Assembly (NCBI RefSeq): GCF_964194025.1
Contig: NC_134472.1
Span: 46,066,001-46,130,000, forward strand
Direction of reading: 5' to 3'
DNA: 64,000 bases
Source of the DNA: Convolutriloba macropyga
Lineage: Eukaryota
Of the stretch, positions 23,624 to 36,742 are shown piece after piece; position 1 is the first letter of the stretch, and each line of letters starts with the position of its first letter. The notes beneath the pieces are model-generated. The model searched no databases. It had not been told where the DNA came from and saw nothing but the letters and a program-made list of their open reading frames with translations. Made by a program: the position numbers and the translations under genes.

Positions 23624-26600
23624 TGTAGGATCGAAAAGTAGACACAATTTAAGACTAAAATGATTGTTGCATAGCCTCAAATGCTTATAGCAAAAGAAAT
23701 ACGCCGGAGTCAAGCGCTATTTGCTTGAATCAGGGAAGAAATAAAATGTAAATTTATTCTAGTTATTATTTCTATAATATGCACAGGGTGGTAATAAGTC
23801 TCGAGTCAAATATGTATGTGCAACTACAAATGAAATTTGAGCGTGACATTTCCGTAAAAATTAAGGGTCATACCCCTCTCGTAACATTACCCCCACTGGT
23901 ACAGCCGAAACTGGCACTCCGAGTACTACCCCCACGCGAGGTATTTGATGTCGTCTTCGACCTCCGTCGGGGTGGTCGCCTGACACTCTTGGTGGCTTGC
24001 GGCCGCCTGTCACGGGTTACCGTGAACTGCGTTATGCGGCAGTTTCACTCCACTGAGGGAGCGACGGTCTCCACCGTGGCCGTCGATCAAACGGTTGTCG
24101 CACTGCTCACCGGGGTTTCCGAGGCCACAGAGCTGGAGCTTGACGAAGATATGCTGTGTGCTTTTCAAGTTGCCATTTTAAAATTCTATGAAAAGGCAAG
24201 GGATTTGAGTAACAGAGCAATGGATAGAAATTCAAAGTGTAGTTGACAGGAAAAGATATGGGCTCAGGCTGTCGATGACACCGTGAGACAAATTATATTA
24301 CCCTTTTTAATGAAGTATCAATTTCAAACCCTTCAATTAATGATCACATATGTGCAATTTGTTAAGTAATTTACTTGAAATATGGTTTGTGGTTCTGATC
24401 GAATTATGTATTACCAAAAGAAAAGAAGCAGAGTTTTGACATCAAACGTTGCGTTGCCAGGTTGCCCCTTTTGAAGAGGAGAAGCACAGGAACTCGAGAG
24501 AAGACCAGGGGAGCGCGAGGCTCAGCAGAAGGACTTGCTCCCGAGAACATGGAGCACGCAATAGGCAATCTTACAGTGGTGGTCCCAGAGAAGGAGACGA
24601 TTTCTAGCTTCAGATGGCGCGACCAGAAGCTGGAGAGAAACGAGGTGGCGGCGTTAGAGTGGCTCCAGAGGCAGGAGGCCCGAAGCCCAAGTACCCAGCA
24701 AATTCCTGTCTAAGTTCTTAACTCTTCCATGCTGTCTGTCAAGCGAACGGGTGGAATGTCGCTGTTCAGAAGAATTCTGCCAACATGCTTGCTCTGGTCA
24801 TGCAATTGATGAGCACTACATACTCACGGCGAAGTTCCTGCAACAAGAAGCAGGACACCCAGCACCAACACTACAGATCCAACTCAATGAGTTGAACAGG
24901 TTCGGAGACTACCCAAACTTGACGGCCAGGGCAGAATGCAAGGGGAGTCTGGGAAGATTGTGGACTTTACTGGCGGTTGCGTAAAGTTAATGAATCGGCC
25001 GATGCAAGAGACTTGGCTGCAAAAGAGACCCTCAGAAGGATTGGTGAACCCGGACGTGAGGGGTCACCTGAGGGAGACACCCAAAACGCTGAATGCAGCA
25101 TACCAGAGAGCATTAAATCTAGAAGCAGTGATCAACGTTGAGATACCGCCGCCGTGGTGTTGATGTACGATATTTGGACGTTGAGGGCACAGACTTGGGA
25201 AACAGTGGTGCTCTAGATTCGATTCAATAATCGCTTGTGCGGTCCCTAAAGATGCAGGAGGAAATGATGAATGTCAAGGAGAATGGTTTTGAGCTTTCAA
25301 CCAGAAAGGAGCGGGAGGGCGAAGCAAGACATTGAGTGCTGTGCGTGCCAGGAGAAAGGGTACTATTCTCGAAACTGTCCGAATAAGGAGCATCTAAACG
25401 ATGATCGGCCCGTGCGAGAATATAATCCACCAGCACTGCTACGGCCAGCAATGTGTCACCGTTTTGTCCTGAAACGGCCCGAATCCGCGAAAGGAACTTT
25501 AGTAGAAAGTAGCGGCCCATCGGTACTATTGAAAGCCGATATGGGTGGAGCTGAAGAAAGAGCTGCAGTGGACACCGGCAGTGGGGTAAACCTCATTTCC
25601 ATGGAGGAAGCAGAAAAGTACCCAGTCCCACTACAGAAGTATGACGGGACAGTGTACCATGCGGAGGGCAGAAAGATCCGACTCCTGGGTGAAGACCTTG
25701 CCAGTTTGCATGGGCGGCTAGTTTGTACGAAGCTGACTTTCTGGTAGCCCCGATGCTGCCATTGGACATCATCCTTGGCCCAGCTTTCGCTAAGCCCAAT
25801 CAATGTTCGATCAACCTACACACGGGTAGATTATTAACCGGTATAACTGAATCCAGTGCTGTGGAATTTGATTGTGTATTCAAGACCGACGGGATTGATC
25901 GACCACGGGGCAAGTAAGATGAGCGGCATCGAAGGTGTAATCCTAACAGCCGGATGCCTAAAGGCAATAGAAATAGCGCCCTACGGGAGACTATCTGTAG
26001 AGATTGAGATCACGGAGAGCGGGTTAAACATGTCTCCTGGAATTTTTTGGTCTCAGAAATGAATTAGCCCAAAAAGTCATTAATGACAATTCCTGCTTTT
26101 TACTCGTGTGATGGCTGGGGCCATGTCGAAATAATCATGAAAAGCCATGCCGAAGCAATTGTTAAGATGGAAGCGGGTGCCCTAATCGCCAAAGTTAGGC
26201 AAATTGCCTGGCCAAAGAACCGAGAGGAGCTAGAAAACACTTAATGGCTGTTCCAGCGATTTTACGAATTCGAGAGTGCCACCCTCAATTGGTTAGCGTA
26301 CGAAAACTTTGATGACGTTTATGAACAACGCCGGAGGTTGCCACTGGTGAAATTGATGCGCAATTCGCTCGAAACGGAGAATACTTCAGTAGAAAAACAT
26401 TTGGACTCATGGCGCAGTTCCTGCAACAAGCAGGACACCCAGCACCAACACTACAGATCCAACTCAATGAGTTGAACAGGATCGGAGACTACCTAAACTT
26501 GACGTCCAGGGCACAATTCAACAACAACGGTCAGAGCAGAATGCAAGGGGAGTCTGAGAAGATTGGACTTTACTGGCGATTGCGTAAAGTTAATGAATCG

Positions 26601-29600
26601 GCCAATGCAGCTCTAACGGCAGATGCAAGAGACTTGGCTGCAAAAGAGACCCTCATAGAAGGATTGGTGGACCCGGACGTGAGGGGTCACCTACTGAGGG
26701 AGACACCCGGAACGCTGAATGCAGCATACCAGAGAGCATTAAATCTAGAAGCAGTGATCAACGTTGAGGCTCAGAGATACCGCCGCCGTGGTGTTGATGT
26801 ACGATATTTGGACGTTGAGGGCACACTTGGGAAACAGTAGTGCTCTAGATTCGATTCAATAATCGCTTGTGCGGTCCCTAAAGATGCAGGAGGAAATGAT
26901 GAATGTCAAGGAGAATGGTTTTGAGCTTTCAACCAGAAAGGAGCGGGAGGGCGAAGCAAGACATTGAGTGCTGTGCGTGCCAGGAGAAAGGGTGCTATTC
27001 TCGAAACTGTCCAAATAAGGAGCATCTAAACGATGATCGGCCGGTGCGAGAATATAATCCACCCAGCACTGCTACGGCCAGCAATGTGTCACCGCTTTGT
27101 CCTAAAACGGCCCGAATCCGCGAAAGAAACTTTAGTAGAAAGTAGCGGCCCATCGGTACTATTGAAAGCCGATATGAGTGGAGCTGAAGAAAGAGCTGCA
27201 GTGGACACCGGCAGTGGGGTAAACTGCATTTCCAAGGAGGAAGCAGAAAAGTACCCAGTGCCACTACAGAAGTATGACGGGACAGTGTACCATGCGGAGG
27301 GCAGAAAGATCCGACTCCTGGGTGAAGACCTTGCCAGTTTGCATGGGCGGCTAGTTTGTACGAAGCTGACTTTCTGGTAGCCCCGATGCTGCCATTGGAC
27401 ATCATCCTTGGCCCAGCTTTCGCTAAGCCCAATCAATGTTCAATCGACCTACACACGGGTAGATTATTAACCGGTATAACTGAATCCAGTGCTGTGGAAT
27501 TTGATTGTGTATTCAAGACCGACGTGATTGCCAAAACTATCAACCACGGGGCAAGTAAGATGAGCGGCATCGAAGGAGTTATCCTAACAGCCGGATGCCT
27601 AAAGGCAATAGAAATGGCGCCCTACGGGAGACTATCTGTAGAGATTGAGATCACGGAGAGCGGTTTAAACATAACTCCTGGAATTTTTTGGTCTCAGAAA
27701 TGAATTAGCCCAAAAAGTCACGACAATTCCTGCTTTTTACTCGTGTGATGGCTGGGGCCATGTCGAAATAATCATGAAAAGCCATGCCGAAGCAATTTTA
27801 AAGATGGAAGCGGGTGCCCTAATCGCCAAAGTTAGGAAAACTGCCTGGCCAAAGAACCGAGAGGAGCTAGAAAACACTTAATGGCTGTTCCAGCGATTTT
27901 ACGAATTCGAGAGTCCCAACCTCAATTGGTTAGCGTACCAAAACTTTGATGACGTTTATGAACAACGCCGGAGGTTGCCACTGGTGAAATTGACGCCCAA
28001 TTCGCTCGAAACGGAGAATACTTTAGTAGAAACGCATTTGGACTCTGTTTCAAATTATTCGGAAAACGATCAGGGGCAGTTTTTCATTGGGAAGGGGTAC
28101 AATGCATGCTATTGCATCAACCCCTGGTTTCAACGGGGAGAGAAGGTACTGTACACCATTTTTTGGCGCGTGCTTTTGAAATTTTGAACCGAAGAACGAT
28201 ACCGCACAATGGAGCTCAGAATAGGTGAGGACCTGAAGCTCCTTCGATTGAATATGGAGATTGTACAGGATTTCATCATAAGAATATTCGGCGTTTCTGA
28301 GGTTAGATTTTGGATCATCCCTGATCAATCAGCTGCAGAAATTTTGAATGAAGACTCAATAGAGGGAGCTCCTGCATTGCTGTCTACAATCAATGCAGAT
28401 GCTGAGTTCAACGCTGACGTACACGAAATCAAGGAGGCACTCTTGAGAACGCAGAGGGGGCCAACCACCAAAAGAAAGACCTAGCGGAGCAGATTGTCTA
28501 CAATTTTAAAGCCAATTTTGCAAAGGATGACAATGAATTGGGTTGAGTACCACCTTGGCACCAGCCCCGGAAAAAGATTATTTGAAATCGGAGATCTTTA
28601 AAGGCCGTCAAATTGACACTTAGCCATCTACCGTGCGAAAATGTTGATGCCGAAAAACTACTTCAGTTGGCACAACCCTTCATACAGCATCAAAAGTTGC
28701 AACATCAGGACTACAGCGAGAAGCTTTTGCAACACGGGATAGGTCCCTTCAACAGTTTTATATTCCTCACTATTCTGTTGGCAGTTGGCTTGCTTGTGGT
28801 CACTGGAAGCTTCTGGGAAAACTTCGGTGGTTTCGTGTGAATAAACTTAAATAAGAGTCACCAGCAGTAGAAAGAGCCATTTTAATCAAAAGTAATGAGA
28901 AGGGATAACCTGTAGTTGAACTGCCCGTAGGGAAGCTAGACTTCTATCCAAAGACCTAAATTTTGACAGTTGCTTAGTTTATGTTCGCTTGACTACTGCT
29001 ATTTGGGAGAATAGCAAGACGAGATGAAGGGTATGTAGGATCAAAAACTAGGCGCAATTTAAGACTAAAATGTTGCATTGCCTGAAATTCTTATAGCAAA
29101 AGAAGTGTGCCTGAGTCAAGCGATATTTGCTTGACTAAGGGAGGAAGGAAAAGAATGTAAGTTCAGTCTATTTATTGTTTATATAATATGTATGCGGAGG
29201 TAATATGTCTTGAGTCAAATATGTACGTGCAACTGCAAATGAAGTTGAACATGACATTTCCGTAAAAATTAAGGGTCATACCCCCTCTTGTAACATTTCC
29301 CCCACTGGTACTGCCGCCACTGGCATTCCCCCACCCGAGGTACTTGATGTCTCCGACCTCCGTCGTGATGGTGGCTTGCGGTTGCTGGGCGGGGGTGCCG
29401 TGAACTGGGTTATGCGACGGTTTCGCGCCACTGAGGAGGCGACGGTCTCCTAAGTGGCCGTCGATCAAACGGTTGTCGCACTGCTCACTGGGGTTGCCGA
29501 GGCCCCAGAGCAGGAGCTTGACGAAGATGAGCTGTGCACTTTTTGAGCTGCCGTTTTAAAATTCTATGGAAAGGCAAAGGATTTGAGTAACAGAACAATG

Positions 29601-30032
29601 GAGAAATTTAAGGTGTAATTGATAGGAAAAGAGAAACGGGCTCAGGTTGTTGAGTACACCATAAAACAAATTTTATTACACTTTTTCATGAAGTATCAAT
29701 TTCAAGCCCCTCATTCAGTGGTAACACATGTATGCAATTTATTAAGTAATTTATTTGAAATATGGGTGTGTGGTTCTGGTTGAATTTGTATGCATGAACA
29801 GAATAGGAAAGGATGTGGAGGAGAGGTTTACGTCAATGCTTTTGACTGGCTAAACTTAAGGCATATAGAAAAATTGGATAAAAGGAGAACAAAAGATTAG
29901 TTGGTTCAGGCTTTTGGAGCTTCAACAACTGACTTGGCCCTCCCTCCAGCTGCCCTCTCCAGAAGAAGACTTCAATTCAATATTCCAGCTGCAACTCTTC
30001 TTCCTAGTCCAGTAGCCAACAGCAGAAGTGAG
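23624..30032 (+). mobile_element. Decayed Ty3/Gypsy LTR retrotransposon (copy 1) with RT-IN deleted and gag-pro internally duplicated
   Basis: 5' LTR TGTAGGA(23624)...CTTACA(24575); PBS TGGTGGTCCC at 24577-24586; gag (TLNAAYQRALNLEA, degenerate knuckle CxxCQEKG[Y/C]YSRNC); protease AAVDTGSGVN; purine tract GAGATGAAGGG before the 3' LTR, which starts at 29034 and is truncated at ~30032. Confidence 0.9.
24824..28045 (+). repeat. ~1.6-kb tandem duplication of the gag-protease region inside the Gypsy element
   Basis: Copy 1 at ~24824-26408 and copy 2 at ~26407-28045 give near-identical ORF translations (25271 vs 26903/27033; 25856 vs 27356). Confidence 0.93.
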
Positions 30033-30329
30033 TGATTTTTTTGCTCTGATTTCAAAATAGAATGAGAAAGTGGAGGGAGAACAAAAATTTTCTTTTTCCA
30101 TTGCGGTTTTTTGTTCAAATGCGGCAGTTTGACTTCAATGCTTGCCTTTTTCCGATTTTTTGTTTTTCGATTTTTTCCGGTTTGCCAATCCTTTTATCGT
30201 CCATTCTAGGCTTAGGCTTTTGTTTAGTCAATAAAAATTCTTTGTTGTGTCAGGACGTGTTCAGCTATGTTTTTTTCGTCGAACAGTTTGCTATAACTCA
30301 TTTTGCCGCTTTGATATTTTCTCGGTTAG

Positions 30330-33300
30330 TAAAATAGACGCAATTTAGGACTTAAATAATTCTTGCTGTCTCACATATTACAAAAAGTATATGACTGAGT
30401 CAAGCGCTATTTGCTTGGCTAAGGGAATAAGTTGCAAGATTCTTTCAGTCTAGTAATTGATTAGTTAAACAAGTTGAGTCTTAAGTAATTGAATTATTTT
30501 CGATTTTTTTAAGTGAGAATTACATTACCGTAGAAGTTATACGTTATGTTGCACCTTTCAAATTTAGGGTTCCCCTCCCATTACCGTAGCAGCAGGGGTA
30601 GGATTAGGGTCAGGTTGAGCCGTTCTCCTCGGAGAACGGGACCTCGACCTGCGTGAGGTGCTCCCGGTTGCCGTTGCTCGCTGCTGTGGCGGCAGCGTGA
30701 ATTGGTCACTTCTGTTTCTGTCAGCTGACGACTGGGGTCGTGCTGGTCGATCAAGCCGCCTCCCCATTTGCTGCCACATTTCCGGGGCTGCTACTGTTTA
30801 AAGATAAGCTGTGAGCTTTTTCTCGCTTCCATTTTTGTAAAAGAATTAAACAAATTTTTGTTTATAAGAGACAGTTAAATTATACTTGCTTTTTTAAATG
30901 GGCCGAAAAGAAAGTAAAGTCAGCAATTATGCAAAGCTCAGTTGGTTGATAGCAGCATACAGCAATATATTACGACTTCTAATGAAGTACCCTTTTCATA
31001 CACCTCATTTAGTAGAAACACTTGTACACTTTCTTTATAAGTAATCAACTGAAAATGAATAGTCCTAAATTTTGAATGCATAAACAAAAGAGGAAAAACT
31101 GCTGAAGAGATGGCTGGTAACTCAGGTTCATTCTTGATGCGGTATGTATTGTAAAAAGAGTAGTAGCAAGGTTCTGACGTCATTCAAGTTCAATTTGTAC
31201 GGACTTTTGGAGCATCCAGTACGAGTTGGACTTGGCGCTCTCTCCAGCAACCCTCTCCAGAAGAAGTAAGGAACCCAATAGATTCTTCTAGCCGCGCCCC
31301 TCCTCTACATCTTAGTAAGAGCAACAGCAGAAGTGAGGTTGCCCACTTGTAAAAGAGAAGCACAGGAAGCTGAGTGAAGCCAAGAGGAGCGTGAGCAGAA
31401 GTGCTTGCTCTCAAGAACGTGTTCGAGCACGCAATAGGCAATATTACAGTGGTGGTCCCTGGATGGCTACTCTGAGGAAATAGACTGATAAGCAGATTCA
31501 AATGGCACAAACAGTAGCGAGAGGTGGCGATGCTGAAGTGGCGGAGCGGCAGGCCCACAAGCACAAGTCCCCAGTGGGGGAGATTGAAAAGATGGTTGAC
31601 TTCTACTGACGAGTACGTACAGTGAGCAAATCGACCAATGCAGCTCTGGTGGCAGATGCAAGTCTTGGCTTCAAAGGAGACCTTCATCAAAGGCCCAGCG
31701 GACTCCGGCATCTACGAGAGAAACCCGCAACGCTGAGTGCTGCGTACCAGAGAGAAATTAATCTAAAAGCAGTGACAAAATTAGAAAGAGATATCGCCGC
31801 CATTGCGCTCTAGATGGTATTCAGTCATCGCTTGAGCAATCGCTCAAGATGCTGGAAAAAATGATGCAAGTGGCGAAGAATGGTTTCTGGCAATAAAACC
31901 CCAACGACCCGAAAGGAACGAGAGGGCGAAGCAAGACATCAAGTGCTAGGCGTGCCACGAGAAGTGGGCACTACACTCGATAGTGCTCAAACATGAAGGA
32001 GCATTGAAACAAGGATCTGCCGGTACGACAACATAATCTTCCCAGCACTGCTCTGGCCAAAAAGTTGTCAACCATTGTCGTCCTGAAAAAGCCTGTGTCT
32101 TCCAAAGCGCAATCAGTGGGAGAAAGTAGCGGTCCATCGATAATAGTGAAAGCCGATATCCGTGGCGCTCATCGAAGAGCTGTTGTGGGGTACACCGGCA
32201 GCGGGGCAAGCCTTATGTATAAGGAGATAGCTGAACGATAACCTGTGCCACTACGGAAGTTTGAAGGAACAGTTTCGTGTATAAATTAAAAGGATCTGAC
32301 TCCTGGGTAAGAAAACCCTGCCATTTTACTTGGAAGGCAAATTTTTCTGCGACGCAGACTTTCTGCTAAACCCGATGCTGCCAGTGGACATCATCCTTGG
32401 AACTGCTTTCCCTTGTGTTCAATCAATTTCCACAGGGGTCAGCTATCCACTGGGACAACTGAATCGACTGCTGTTGCTTTTGTGTTTTCAGGTTCGAGGT
32501 AATAACCAACACTGTTGGCCGCGGACCCATTGCGATCAGTGGTTTCCAGTGGGGTTTCTTAGGAGCGAGATGCTTGCAAGCAATAGAAACAGCGGCTTTT
32601 GATACGAATTAAGGTTTTGCAAAAACGGAGTGAGCACGCCTCAAGGAAATTTTCTGATCACAGAATTTACTTGGCCCCATAAGTCACTGCTGGCAACTTC
32701 GGCAATATACTCTTGCAACAACAGGGTTTTTGGGGAGATTGTCTCTGAAAACCATTACGAAACCACATTGAAGGTTGAAGCTGTTGCCAAAGATAGGAGT
32801 TCAGCCAGGCTACAGAACCAAGAGAAGCTTAGAAATACGAATAGACTCCTCGGACGATTCTATGAGTTTAAGAATCCCATCCTTAGAATTGCTTACGAGA
32901 AGCCAACGTACGACTGTGAACCGCGGCATACGATGACGCTGGTGAATTTGATGCCCAATTAGATTGAAAAAGAGAACAATTTAGTAGAAAGTGACAACGC
33001 ACTTGGACTCCGTTTATCACTATTCGAAAAATGTACAGGGGTAATTTTTTTACTGGGACAATGGAACCAATGCATGTTTTTACATTAAACCTTGGTTTCA
33101 TCAGGGAGAGAAAGTACGGAACACGAATCGATGGCTCGCGTTTTTCATCCTTTGAATCGAAGCTGATTGATACCACGCAATGGATCTCCGATTTAGCGAG
33201 GACCTGAAGCTCCTTCGGTTTAACGTGGAGATCGTTTCCGACTTTTTTCACCGGCACTTGAGAACGTAAAGGGGGCAAACGACAAAGAGAGACGTAGTCG

Positions 33301-33500
33301 AGAAATATTTCCTCGAAATTTAAAGCCAATTTTGCAAATGATGACAATGAACTAGTTCTGGTCAACCTGGTAGAGCAGAACATTGACACCGGTGGTAGCA
33401 CACCGATTAAGCTACACGCTTACAAGATGAGCCCTGCCAAAATTGCAGAGATTAAGAAACAAGTGCAGCCGATGCTAGATTTAGGCACTATGGAAGTGGC
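30330..33500 (+). mobile_element. Second, more diverged Ty3/Gypsy copy (LTR, gag, protease, start of RT)
   Basis: LTR-homologous sequence ~30330-31448 ends GCAATAGGCAATATTACA and is followed by the same PBS TGGTGGTCCC (31450). Also TLSAAYQREINLKAV, a degenerate protease, and the RT lead-in IDTGGSTPIKLHAYKMSPAKIAEIKKQVQPMLDLG (~33380-33490). Confidence 0.85.
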
Positions 33501-33559
33501 CATCAAACCGCTTTCAAGGCTTTTATGTGGGTTAGTGGTTTGTTGAAATGGATACACTC

Positions 33560-34152
33560 TGGTCTTCAGAGTGAAATCTTGAAGGGTTTTAGCAATGATT
33601 GTTTTTGTTAAATTTGTTCCATTAGTTTATCCTCTCAATTTTTTTACACTGTTTTTTTCTTTTTGGCTGGCATTTTGCAATTGATATACTGGTCAGATAT
33701 AGTAGTTCTTTTTTCGTTTATTTATTTGGATTGTATTTCAGTACTTGACGTGCTATGTCTTTTGTTTCATCGTCAAGATTTTGGTTGCGACCATATGACC
33801 TCACAATCAATTTTTTCATTCATTCATGCAGTTTCAACTCAATTGCGTGGAAGTAATTTTTCCTTCTCATTGGTTGGTATTGTTCATTTGCGTGAGTAAA
33901 TTTTAGGTCCTACATGAGTTTCCTCACTATCAAAAATGACTTCCTCAAGTGAGTGCGTGTAACTCAAATTGATGGTTATTTGAGAGCATCTAAGAAAATC
34001 AGATGTAAGTTGTATCTGTTCTTAATTAAAATATAATCTCAGCATTTAATTAAAAGAACTTCCGTTTTTAGTGTGCTTCTTCCATATTTTTTCAGACTGC
34101 AGATCTACGAAGCTATTGCGGCTTTTTGCTGACAATCTGCTGGCTATGTTTT
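33560..34152 (+). mobile_element. 5'-truncated class A Helentron-like element
   Basis: Homologous to 8250-8700 and ending TTGCGGCTTTT..CTGACAATCTGCTGGCTATGTTTT. Confidence 0.65.
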
Positions 34153-36082
34153 ATTTTAATCTCATGCGGTTTTTAAGAGCAGTTCTTTTTAAATTTTTCC
34201 AATAACGGTGTTTTTTCATATATGCTGACTAGTAATAATGCGTTCGAAAGTTTTTTTTACCATCTGAAGCATATACTACATTTCTAGATTCAATTTTGAA
34301 CTATTTTCTAAAATTTTTGCCATGTTAGACGTTTTTTGCATTATTTGCATTGTTTTTCATGTTTTTATAGCATTTAGGGAGTTCTGTGGTTAAAAATAAT
34401 TGTACTAAACTGTTTTTGCCTCCTTTTTATTCAATTGATAATAGTTTGTGCTGTTTTTGTTACAGAAATTTGGGTAACTTTAAACTATGGTTTTGCCGAT
34501 TTTGTGTTTTTCTGATTTACTTCTTGCAAATTTTTCGTTCAATGTCTAATTCGAAGCTCTCCTAATGAGATGCTCTTGGAGACCAGACAGGGAATTTTCA
34601 CTAAAATTAAAAATATTTTTTATCGTTCTGTAATTTTTTTTTGTATGCTTCTGTCAGGTGTTGAATGGGTGAACGCTTCAGCAGAAGAATTAATAAAAGT
34701 TTTTTAAAATAATATTTAGAAAGGACTATTTAGTGCGAATAGTTTTACTTAAGAACTTTGTAGAGAATATTATTTTGGGCTTTTGTCCTTCCTTTCCGAT
34801 AGCCGTTTTTCTCTCTATACGGACTTTTTTCGTTGATTTGTCCGCCATTTGGTAGTCGTTTAATTTTGAAAAGTAATTGTGTCGCAAGGTTTTTTGCCAA
34901 TAGAAGTTTTGGGAACTCATTTTGTAAAGAAATTTTTATCCGTTTTTTAACTGCTCTCAAACAATGTTTTGGAGCAATTATATTAGTCCTGTTGGTCTTT
35001 TTATGCAATTTTTCGCTTGACCAATTTTTCGTCTGACGCTTTTGACTTTTCCTCCTCAAAACGGGATAAATCAATGAACATCCTCCAGGGTTTGAAAATC
35101 GTTCACTGTATAATTTCCAGGTGTAATGGAATGTCTTGCAAGATTTTAATATCACAATCTTCAGCTCTATTTCAGCTCAAGCTGTTTTGGAGACTCATAC
35201 TTATGGTGTGAAGGGCGGTTCTATGAGGTTGAAGACTCCTCCACTGTTTACCCCCCCCCTCCCACTATTTCCCCCACCCCCGCGCGATGTTACCCCAACC
35301 CCACGCCCTTGTTGCCCGAACCACCCCCATAAGCCCTCGGTGCTTCGTTAGGGTTTGATAATAATTTTCTGGAAACTTTTTGTTGGTCATGGATTAATTT
35401 TCAACTTTTTAATATCACAAGTTTTAGCAATTTCTTTAAACTTGCGATTTTTTAAAGTTTCTTGAACTTTTGTAATTTTTTTTAGTTTTCTCTAACCTCG
35501 AGAGACACGGAACTTCTTCTAGGGTTTTAAATTATGTTACTGCATAGATTATAGATGTAATGGATTGTTTGTCAAAATTTTAATATCACGATTTTGAGCA
35601 ATTTTTGAAGATATTTGCGATTTTTCAGGTTTTTCAATTTTTACCGGCACCAGGGGAATCCAAGTTTTGATAATAAGCTGCTTTATGGTGTTTAGAGTTA
35701 ATGGGATGGTGATCAATGTTTTAACGACTCCAGTTCTAGTAATTCTTGGATAAAATTTTAAATTTTGGAAAATTTTTTTCTTGTTCCAAGTGTATGGATC
35801 TTTATGAGCCAGTTAAACTATTTCTTGAAACAGCAATACTGGATAGTCTCTTGAGACAATGAAATGGTTCTTAGTATTTTAATATCTTGTGTTTTGGCAA
35901 GATTTCGTTAAAATTAGCAATTGTTTCCAAACTTTGAGTTAAAAAATGGTTTTGACCTTTTTTTTAGTGCGATGTTGAAAACTTTTTTAATTTTGCCTTT
36001 TTCAGTTTTCTATATGATTTATTTACTATTAAGGCTAGAAAACTAAAATTTGCAGAGTCGAATCCCATCATGAAAAGTGTTC

Positions 36083-36085
<3 letters not shown>

Positions 36086-36118
<33 letters not shown>

Positions 36119-36187
36119 GTCAGGGTTTCCTTCCTTCTCTTTCTCGTTCACATTTTATCTCTCTGTCTCTCTCTCTCTCTCTCTCTC
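36086..36187. repeat. (CT)n microsatellites
   Basis: Two (CT)n runs are directly visible. Confidence 0.9.
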
Positions 36188-36322
36188 GTTGTTGATGCCG
36201 CTCTTCAGCTGCTGTTATATGGCGTAATGTCATCATCTCTGATCCTCATTAACAATGAATTATACTAGAAATGGTTTTTTTTATCATAAATGACTTAACA
36301 AACACTTTTTAGCAAATCATTG

Positions 36323-36742
36323 TTAATTGCTCTCAAAAGCAGTTTGTTGCAAATATGTTAATCCTGTTTGTCTCTTTTATGTAATTTTTCGCTGGGCCAG
36401 TTTTTTGTCTTACCCACTTGAATTTCGTCTTCAGAAACGGTATAAAGAGGTAGCGACCAGTTTTCCTTGTTCTCTTAAAGCCGTTCAGCCCACTAGTCTT
36501 CAAGTATGCGATTAACAGAAACTGTTTTGGAGACTTATACTTATGGTGTGAAGGGCGGTTCTTAAAATTGATCCCACACCCCACCCACGCACCGCCCCCA
36601 CATCAGTCCCCCAATCAAATTTTGCATCCCCGCTGCGCTTACCTTACGACCCTTCAGTAGCTAGCCTCACTAAACCGTGGCTAGCTACTGACGAAGCCAG
36701 CCGGTCGCTTGAGAGCAATTTGCCCGACGTTAGTCGGTTATG
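36323..36742 (+). mobile_element. Complete class B Helentron/DINE-1-like element (~420 bp)
   Basis: Perfect 12-bp subTIRs AATTGCTCTCAA (36325-36336) / TTGAGAGCAATT (36709-36720); 3' hairpin CCGAC-GTTA-GTCGG (36724-36737) followed by TTATG. Confidence 0.8.

Noticed and set aside
23624-23900. A short 265-bp LTR of a minus-strand element (TGTTAC..CCTACA preceded by a purine run)
   Set aside because: Homology between copies extends ~1 kb, and the PBS, PPT and gag-pol all support a + strand element with long LTRs.
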